Notes under the pieces: model-generated | Database searches by the model: none | What the model was told of the DNA's origin: nothing | Seen by the model: only the letters and a program-made list of their open reading frames with translations | Made by a program: the position numbers and the translations under genes | Origin: Eledone cirrhosa | Lineage: Eukaryota | Direction: 5' to 3' | Assembly: GCA_964016885.1 (NCBI GenBank) | Contig: OZ024750.1 | Span: 24,800,001 to 24,864,000, forward strand | DNA length: 64,000 bases | Shown: one piece after another, positions 53,837 through 64,000 of the stretch | How positions within the stretch are numbered: the first letter of the stretch is position 1 | How the letters are laid out: every line of letters begins with the position of its first letter

Positions 53837-54856
53837 TGAAGTAATAATTGTTTCTTCTTTTGGCACAAAGCCAGCAATTATCCCAGTGCATTACTGGTAT
53901 TTTAATTTATCGACCCCCGTAAGGATGAAAAGCAAAGTTAACCTTGGCGGGATTTGAACTCAGATCATAAAGGGATGTAACTCTATGCTGCAAAGCACGG
54001 CGTCTGACCCTCTACCGATACTGCCAGTCCACCGTGCTTTGCTGAAGTAATAATTGTTTCTTCTTTTGGCACAAAGCCAGCAATTATCCCAGTGCATTAC
54101 TGGTACTTTATTTTATCGACCCCGTAAGGATGAAAGGCAAAGTTAACCCTGGCGGGATTTGAACTCAGATCATAAAGGGATGTAACTCTATGCTGCGAAG
54201 CACGGCGTCTGACCCTCTACCGATACTGCCAGTCCACCGTGCTTTGCTGAAGTAATAATTGTTTCTTCTTTTGGCACAAAGCCAGCAATTATCCCAGTGC
54301 ATTACTGGTACTTTATTTTATCGACCCCGTAAGGATGAAAGGCAAAGTTAACCCTGGCGGGATTTGAACTCAGATCATAAAGGGATGTAACTCTATGCTG
54401 CGAAGCACGGCGTCTGACCCTCTACCGATACTGCCAGTCCACCGTGCTTTGCTGAAGTAATAATTGTTTCTTCTTTTGGCACAAAGCCAGCAATTATCCC
54501 AGTGCATTACTGGTACTTTATTTTATCGACCCCGTAAGGATGAAAGGCAAAGTTAACCCTGGCGGGATTTGAACTCAGATCATAAAGGGATGTAACTCTA
54601 TGCTACAAAGCACGGCGTCTGACCCTCTACCGATACTGCCAGTCCACCGTGCTTTGCTGAAGTAATAATTGTTTCTTCTTTTGGCACAAAGCCAGCAATT
54701 ATCCCAGTGCATTACTGGTACTTTATTTTATCGACCCCGTAAGGATGAAAGGCAAAGTTAACCCTGGCGGGATTTGAACTCAGATAATAAAGGGATGTAA
54801 CTCTATGCTGCAAAGCACGGCGTCTGACCCTCACCGTGCTTTGCTGAAGTAATAAT
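53837..54856 (-). mobile_element. Tandem array of five family-1 SINEs (205-bp period)
   Basis: The junction gaagtaataattgtttcttcttttggc occurs at 53838, 54044, 54249, 54454 and 54659. Units are near-identical and the last has a small deletion. Confidence 0.93.
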
Positions 54857-54934
54857 GAGAGAATTAATAACTAAATGTACAACACTGTACACAAATAATT
54901 ATGAATGGTTAATGTCCATTAACTTCTTTCAGTA

Positions 54935-55128
54935 TCTCCGGCATGAGACCCAGAGGTAGACCCTGAGCAAGATGGTTGGATAACATCCATGAGCTTGGCT
55001 GGTCACGCTTGGGGATCCAGCTGGAGCAGTTGGAGATGATTGCTTCTGACAGGACCTGCTGGGTGGGAGTGTTTGAGGACTCTGCCCTCATGAGGCTTTC
55101 AGGAATAAGTGGGTGAAGAAGAAGAGAA
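54935..55128 (+). mobile_element. RTE (Rex3/Expander-like) 3' end
   Basis: SGMRPRGRP*ARWLDNIHELGWSRLGIQLEQLEMIASDRTCW followed by a (GAA)n tail. Confidence 0.65.
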
Positions 55129-55381
55129 AAAGTTTCTCCGAGACTGATAGCAGAGAAGGTACCAAGGACCTCACAAAAACCAGGGACCAGGGACCAGACC
55201 CGAATGTTTACTACAGAGTGTACAAAGTTGAGAGCACCCAATGACCTAATGTCTATAGTTGTTCATAAAGAAAGTCCTTCGTTCCTTACTTAGTCCTGCT
55301 TGTGGTGCCTATCACTATTGTCACTTTGATAATTCTGTCGCTTACTTCGATTACCTTATCGATACATACATATCTACGCTT

Positions 55382-55420
<39 letters not shown>

Positions 55421-55423
<3 letters not shown>

Positions 55424-55662
55424 CGAAGGAAATGTGGTAAGGAACCAGATGGACCATAACGCACCAAAGTACTCAATACTTAGGGTAGTAGAGTGGGTAA
55501 TAGGAACGAGTAGGACCCCGACGGCTGAGCTCAAGCCGTTTCGACGGCTAATTCTGGACTAACATTTTTCTGGGTGATTGCCCTTCATCAGTACCGTATA
55601 CCGCTTACCTGCCAACGGTACTGATGAAGGGTAATTACCCAGAAACATTAGTGTCGGCCGTT
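55421..55662 (-). mobile_element. Longest family A copy, adjoining an inverted pair of hammerhead cores
   Basis: Family A tail (55421-55560) followed by the hairpin tttctgggtgattgcccttcatcagtaccgt...acggtactgatgaagggtaattacccagaaa. Confidence 0.7.
55614..55662 (+). ncRNA. Minimal type I hammerhead ribozyme motif
   Basis: aacggta CTGATGA a-gggtaattaccc-a GAA ACA ttag TGT C^ ggccgtt. 6-bp stem I with an A-G mismatch next to the core, A-A at the base of stem II, GUC triplet. Confidence 0.65.
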
Positions 55663-56095
55663 CTGTTTATATGCTAACACAAGAGCAAGAATGGCGAGGT
55701 CATTCTACTGACATGGCTTAAAGAGTCTGTTTGCATAATTGCAAACGAATCGAATATTATTATTAATATGTTAACTTTGCCTTTCATCCTTATGGGGTCG
55801 ATAAAATAAAGTACCAGTAATGCACTGGGTAATTGCTGGCCTTGTGCCTAAAAGTAGAAACAATTATTAATATTCGAAAAACACAGATTTACATCTCCTG
55901 TATTCAGCCATGTAGAGTAATAACTATTTGTTAGTTATATATATAACAAGTTTAATATAGAAATGGCTTCTACAGTCTAGAACTGTTTCAAGAAATTCCT
56001 GATGATTTCTTTTGAATGAAACAGTTCTAGTCCTGTAGAAGTTATTTCAATATTAAACTTGATGTTTACACTCATGTATATATACATATATATAT

Positions 56096-56211
56096 ACGGC
56101 TTGAGCTCAGCCGTCGGTGTCCTACTCGTTCCTATTATCCACTCTACTACCCTAAGTATTGAGTACTTTGGTGCGTTATGGTCCACCTGGTTCCTTACCA
56201 CATTTCCTTCG

Positions 56212-56214
<3 letters not shown>
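56096..56214 (+). mobile_element. Family A element (5'-truncated, no fold-back)
   Basis: acggcttgagctcagccgtcggtgtcctactcgttcc followed by the family A tail, between TA repeats. Confidence 0.75.
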
Positions 56215-56290
<76 letters not shown>

Positions 56291-56309
56291 CATATTTATA
56301 TATATCCTT

Positions 56310-56545
56310 AGGGCATCAACATACGTTAACCTTGGTCTTCCTCTTGCAGTGTGTCCATGTAGGGGCTCCCACAAGAGCACTGAGTGCAATGTCAACTCTG
56401 GATGTCGGTGAGCATGTCCAGCTAACCTCAGTCTCCTCTGTGTCACTTTTGAGAGGCTCCCATACAGCTCTGAGTTTTTCATCCTCAGGACATGGCAGCG
56501 ATAATGAGGGACAGAGACCGCTGGAGAGAACTCGTACATGGATCT
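56310..56545 (-). mobile_element. RTE-clade LINE 3' fragment
   Basis: KNSELYGSLSKVTQRRLRLAGHAHRHPELTLHSVLLWEPLHGHTARGRPRLTYVDAL, the same family as 1-163. Confidence 0.78.
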
Positions 56546-56707
56546 CGGGAATTTATATATACATATATACATATATATGCAAAGTTTTATTTAAATTGTT
56601 GGGTTACAACGAGTAAATATTTATAACTGATATAAAAGCACTCAACAAGTATTTGGAGTATATTTACGATATTAAATAAATGGAAACTATATTTATAAAA
56701 CCATATT

Positions 56708-56773
56708 TATTTCATTATATATATTTCAGGGATATCATATTAAAAATATGGTATGCCTTCATCAGACAAAATA
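56708..56773 (-). ncRNA. Type I hammerhead ribozyme motif
   Basis: Minus strand: tattttgt CTGATGA aggcataccatatt-ttt-aatatgatatccct GAA ATATATAT A^ atgaaata. 8-bp stem I with two G-U pairs, 14-position stem II with two mismatches, palindromic stem III, AUA triplet. Confidence 0.8.
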
Positions 56774-56859
56774 CAATATAAACAGTCTTATAAATAGATA
56801 GATTTGACATACCTTACAACTTCAACTTCCATTTAAAAAGTTGATTTGGTAGTATATAC

Positions 56860-56908
<49 letters not shown>

Positions 56909-56937
56909 CATATATATACATATATATATATATATAT

Positions 56938-57340
56938 GGTGTCTGCCAACTCGTTTTCGAGTACGGCCACTACTTTATATCTATGTAGGAGAACCCCTAC
57001 CGATGCGCTGAACGAGTGTGATTTTTTAGTCCAGGCAGCGACTTGAAAACTCTGGCACAAACACTACACTTGTGACAATTATTGACACATAGTGTACATG
57101 GTACCATGTGACGACAAGTGCAGAGAGATCTCCAGATATAAAGCAATGCCTGTGCCGTGAAGCTTTTATAGTGAGCAAAGGCACTGCACAAAGCCAGTCC
57201 CACTCTCTTAACCAAGATGATATTTACCAAAAAGAAGAACAAGTCAACATCATTGGATACGATCAGGGTTGCAGGTGTTATATCAGAGTTTTCCTTCTCC
57301 TAGAATTCTGCCTTGACAAAGGCTAAGGGGTCATCTCTCT
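56938..57340 (-). mobile_element. Second copy of the internally deleted RTE/BovB-like element
   Basis: Near-identical to 19160-19560 and encodes CSVCARVFKSLPGLKNHTRSAHR. Confidence 0.6.
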
Positions 57341-57399
57341 TATATACATATATATAAACATATATACATATATATATATATACATATATACATATACAT

Positions 57400-57659
57400 A
57401 TAAATTATTTAAAAAATAATGAATAAACAAAGAAACAGTTCCTTATATTAAACAAAAAAAGTTCATTTTTTTGTTTAATATAAGGAACTGTTTCTTTGTT
57501 TATTCATTATTTTTTTAATAATTTATCTTGACTCTGTATTCCGTTTATCTTTCACCGAAAGTGATTTTTGAATGCATCTCTTCTTTTCATGATATCCGGA
57601 TTACATTGAGTTCTTCATACGGATTGGACACTACCGTAAACTTTTGGTAGATTTATCTA

Positions 57660-57660
<1 letters not shown>
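57400..57660 (+). mobile_element. Family B fold-back element
   Basis: Near-perfect hairpin of about 58 bp per arm (57401-57525), followed by the tail shared with 6505-6635. Confidence 0.6.
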
Positions 57661-59048
<1,388 letters not shown>

Positions 59049-59173
59049 TCGTATGTAAATTCTTTAATTATAATTAGAGCAACATAAAAAACGTGAATTA
59101 AAAAAACTTTTTTGTCAGGCTTTGTTACAGCTGTGTCATTGCCCCGGTAAATTCCGCCCCCCAGATAAATATT

Positions 59174-59237
<64 letters not shown>

Positions 59238-60105
59238 TGTACATGCATATATATATGTGCATGTGTTTGTATAATTCGAGTGTATGTAGATAAACATTAA
59301 GAGAGAGTGTGTGTGTGTCTGTATATAATGTGTGTAAGTAAAAAGAATGAGAGAGAAAGTTTATGAAAGTGACAGCTAAACAGATTTTTAAAGTTTTACA
59401 ACTCTAAACAAAACAACTGTGATAAGACGGCTAGCAATATCCCATTACATTGGTGACACATTTACAAACGGTTCTTTTCCCCCCAACTCCGTCATAGCGA
59501 CGACAATTCGCCAACAAAATAAGTTTTAAACCCATCTTAGTACATATAAACATAGTCTAATAGAAACACATACAAATATATATAATAATATATATATATA
59601 TATATATGTACACACACTTCGACATGGTTTAATATAAATACATATAACACTATAGATATACATATATATATATATATGTACGCTCAGACATTTCGACATA
59701 TTCTAGCAGAAATACAAACACACACAGATATATACATATATAACAGAAACACGTGCGTGTAAATACAGCCAGACACACACACATATAACAGTATATATAC
59801 GTATACATATAACAATATATATATATATGTTTATATACACATTGGCTCACATACACACTGAAGCATGACATACAATAACGGTACTTGTCATTGAATTATA
59901 AAAATTTTGTTGTTTATCATCTGAATAGAAACGGAGCAAAGAAAGTTTTTATATTTTTTCTTCTGACGTAAGTAAAAGATTTTATTTTTCACTTTCAAAA
60001 TGAAACTGTTTTGTTATGGTGTTGTGTGTTCTTGTGATACTAGAAACATACATGCATATATATACACAGACATATATATATATACATACGATTTCACAGA
60101 TACAC

Positions 60106-60147
<42 letters not shown>

Positions 60148-60209
60148 CTGTGTGTAGACTTAGCACTTTCCTGTAAACAAGTTCTATTATGCTTCATATC
60201 ATCTTACCT

Positions 60210-60279
60210 TATTTTATCTGATGAGGAGACACTTTTTGTCCCAGGATGATTTTGTATTCGAAATACACATAATAAAATA
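60210..60279 (+). ncRNA. Type I hammerhead ribozyme motif
   Basis: tattttat CTGATGA ggagaca...tgtattc GAA AT acac AT A^ ataaaata. Perfect 8-bp stem I, stem II closed by G-C, 2-bp stem III, AUA triplet. Confidence 0.78.
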
Positions 60280-60315
60280 TATGGAACTCTTTTAACCATC
60301 TTTTAATTTCTTCTT

Positions 60316-60367
<52 letters not shown>

Positions 60368-61567
60368 TACACAGAAACACGTGCTTGTAATATACATATA
60401 TATAATAAACATTTCAATGTTTTTAGTAGCACGTGATTTCATGAAAGGCTGTGTTTGTCATATATTGTCTAAATTATGTCTATTTCCTTCAGTAAAGTTC
60501 CCTTTATCTCTAACACACACATGCACACTTCGTTGTCACAAATCGTTTGTTTTAAACAGGTCAAAAACTTTGAAACTTTTGTTGATTTCCTTAAGGAAAC
60601 TACCCCCCCCCCCCCCAATACTTCACGTTTTCTTCTGGTACTCATAATAAACGTTTATATTCTTAATTCCAACCAAAGAGAAGAGTTTCATAAGTGTTTA
60701 TAATTTTTACTATCTAAAGTATATGTAGAAAAGTTCACTTACAAAATCAAAATAACTGCTAATAATTTTTTAATGTTCTGTTTACAATAAGGTATTATAT
60801 ATTTATAAAAGTATATATATGTTTATTTACCATTGTTTACAATAATATATATTGATTATGCATTTACCTCTCACGTTTCATTCATTTTCATGTGTATTTT
60901 TCTATAAACAGTTTTAAAGACATACTTTTAAAATGTTATCGCAATGATTTGTAAAAACGTAATTAATGTTTTATATTTACAATTTGTTGTTTATTAAAAG
61001 CACGTCTGTTATTATTAAAAATAAAGAAAGCATTATTATTATTATAAAATAAATAAATAAATCATTATTATTATTATTTAATAAATAAATAATTATTATT
61101 ATTACCGTTAAATGTTTGGAATATTACAGTAAAAAAAACAATTTTAAAATGGAACAAAATTAAGTTTATAACACCAAACTAAGTGTTTTATATTTTTTTT
61201 TATATCAAAGATGAAAACTGAGATTTTATTCTAATTAAACTCACAAAGTTTGCTTAAAAACCATGATAATTACGTAGACTTGAAAAAGAAAGATAAAATC
61301 AAAATTAATGAGAAAAACGAGCGAAGGGGTAAAGAAGGGCAGATGTGGCTGTATGGGAAATAGAAGAAAGGACAATAAATGTCATAAAGAGAAGAAAAGG
61401 AGGGAAAAAGCAAGGACTCGTGGGCCTCAGAAGAAGGAGGGGGAAAAAAAACTTCAATTAAAACTCGTTAATCGAAATTATTTAGAAGTGGGTAAACTTG
61501 TGAAATCAGCCATCAGTCTGGATCATGTTTACATTGTCTAGTATGGTTCAGTTTTGAATTTTAGCAA

Positions 61568-62795
61568 ACTGTCATAGTTTTTTAGCTATTGTCATACTGT
61601 GGGACAGAGCTTTTTAGCTAATGTCATACTGTGGGACAGACACCTTTCTAGCTATAGTCATACTGTGGGACAGACAGCTTTCTAGCTATAGTCATACTGT
61701 GTGACGGCTTTTTAGCTATTGTCATACTGTGTGACAGACGGCTTTCTAGCTATAGTCATACTGTGGGACAGGGCTTTTTAGCTATTGTCATACTGTGGGA
61801 CAGACAACTTTCTAGCTATAGTCATACTGTGGGACAGACAGCTTTCTAGCTATAGTCATACTGTGTGACAGAGCTTTTTAGCTATTGTCATACTGTGTGA
61901 CAGAGCTTTTTAGCTATTGTCATACTGTGGGACAGACAGCTTTCTAGCTATAGTCATACTGTGTGACAGAGCTTTTTAGCTATTGTCATACTGTGGGACA
62001 GACAGCTTTCTAGCTATAGTCATACTGTGTGACAGCTTTTTAGCTATTGCCATACTGTGGGACAGACAGCTTTCTAGCTATAGTCATACTGTGGGACAGA
62101 CAGCTTTCTAGCTATAGTCATACTGTGGGACAGAGCTTTTTAGCTATTGTCATACTGTGGGACAGACAGCTTTCTAGCTACAGTCATACTGTGGGACAGG
62201 GTTTTTAGCTATTGTCATACTGTGGGACAGACAGCTATTTAGCTATTGTCATACTGTGGGACAGAGCTTTTTAGCTATTGTCATACTGTGGGACAGCTTT
62301 CTAGCTATTGTCATACTGTGAGACAGAGCTTTTTAGCTATAGTCATACTGTGGGACAGACAGCTTTCTAGCTATTGTCATACCGTGGGACAGAGCTTTTT
62401 AGCTATTGTCATACTGTGGGACAGACAGCTTTCTAGCTATAGTCATACTGTGGGCCAGAGCTTTTTAGCTATTGTCACACTGTGTTTACTGTGGGACAGA
62501 CAGCTTTTTAGCTAGTGTCATACTGTGTTTACTGTGGGACAGACAGCTTTTTAGCTATTGTCATACTGTTTACTGTGGGACACAGCTCTTTAGCTATTGC
62601 CATACTGTGTTTACTGTGGGACGTAGCTTTTTAGCTATTTTGTGGGACAAACAGCTTTTTAACTATAGTCATACTGTGTTTACTGTGGGACAGACAGCTT
62701 TTTAGCTATAGTCATACTGTGTTTATTGTGGGACAGACAACTTTTTAGCTAACCTCATAGTGTGTTTATTGTGGGACAAACAGCTTTTTAGCTGT
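61568..62795. repeat. About 33-36-bp minisatellite with a longer derived unit at the 3' end
   Basis: Unit tagctattgtcatactgtgggacagagcttttt or ...gacagacagctttc. 3' units gain gtgtttact. Confidence 0.92.
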
Positions 62796-62859
62796 TTGTC
62801 AACCCATGCTAGAATGGAAACATGGACGTTAAACAGTGATAATGATTATTTGTGTGTGT

Positions 62860-63480
62860 GATCATTATTTTACGTCCACTTTTCTATGCTTGCATGGGTT
62901 GAACAGGTCCTTTTTCTGCACAGCATCTCTCCATTCATCTCAGTCCTTCATCAACCCTGCAATGAGATGTGATTTGATATCAGCTCTCACCACCTATTCT
63001 TAGGTCTTCCTTTATTGCAGCTTCCTCCCACTAGGATTTCTTGGCATTTCTTCACTCAGCAATCCATCATCATCATCCATACACATCACCTGTCCATACC
63101 AGCAAAGTCATCTCTTCTGCACACTACATCTGATACCTCTTATACCCAGTTTTTTTCTCATTTCATCCATGTTTTGTTGTTCTCGCACATTCACATTACA
63201 CATCCATTGAAGCATGCTTGCTTAATTTTCGCTCCAGCTTTTGTATGTCCTTTAATTTCTCTGTCTCTGTCTCACTACCATGCAGCATCACATTTCACAC
63301 ACAGGTGGCATCATACAGCCGACCTTTCATTTTGTTGTCAACAGAAGTAGTAGTATCACTCTAAACTTCTCCATTCTGTCCTTATTCTTGCTACTATGCT
63401 CTCAGAACATACTCCTCCACTGCTTATTAGATCACCTAGGTAGCAGGAACTATCAACTACTTTCATGCATCCTGAGATTA
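62860..63480 (-). mobile_element. Decayed RTE LINE 3' end
   Basis: The minus strand gives VVDSSCYLGDL (compare EVVDSFCYLGD of RTE RT thumb), a GRP-type motif and a 3' tail like family 3 (catgcaagcatagaaaagtggacgtaaaa). Confidence 0.6.
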
Positions 63481-64000
63481 GAAAAGGTTTATATTTTATC
63501 ACTAATACTCTTACTATCAATTATCCCTGAACATCTGTTTTATACAAAGACTTCCTTTCCTTTTATTTTAGTCTGCTTGCTATCCCACTACACCTTTTGT
63601 GGCTCAAGATTTACATTGTATACATCTAGAAATAATTCTCATACAGTACACAGTAAATATAATACTTGCGGTTGATATAATCATCTAGATACAAGCAATT
63701 GTTTCGTTAAAATATACTTTTTAACAAATGAATGTTTAGATCAATGAATAGGAATAATCACTTACTCACTTGCACTGACCTCCCTAAAAACTACTAGAGA
63801 GGTGTGGAAGAGAGGAGGGATGAGGTGGGGGTTAAGAGAAGAAGTATGAGTGTTTATTATCCAAGAGTGTTTGCTGACAAAATAGCTGTTCACCACTTCA
63901 TGCGCCTATCCTCATTATATCATACAACAATTCACCATTGTCACCACTACTGTCACCATTGTAGTCACCATTGTCACCATTAGAGTCACAACTACAGTCA

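Overview
AT-rich, microsatellite-dense eukaryotic DNA. The SINE, RTE and satellite content suggests an octopus-like cephalopod, which is an inference. Almost every entry in the ORF track is a microsatellite artefact. One protein-coding gene is well supported: two + strand exons (23442-23588, 26130-26356) encoding a 10-Cys Ly6/uPAR (three-finger; crooked/quiver-like) protein with a probable GPI-anchor tail. Its signal-peptide exon was not found. The rest is tRNA-derived SINEs, 3' fragments of non-LTR retrotransposons (RTE, R4/Dong, Tx1/L1, CRE), a decayed Tigger/pogo transposase, hAT and piggyBac MITEs, and many minisatellites, including a 120-bp higher-order repeat. The most notable hidden feature is a set of minimal type I hammerhead-ribozyme motifs on both strands: seven with a complete core (4663, 24184, 34221, 44096, 55614, 56708, 60210) and several mutated or partial ones. 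They have 2-3 bp, often palindromic, stem III and highly variable, sometimes very long, stem II. They lie in small non-coding elements, and related elements have fold-back (inverted) 5' junctions, resembling Penelope-like element (PLE) or retrozyme remnants. An apparent CpG-depleted to CpG-retaining transition near 42.6 kb suggests a germline methylation boundary. All folds were paired by hand; no searches were run.
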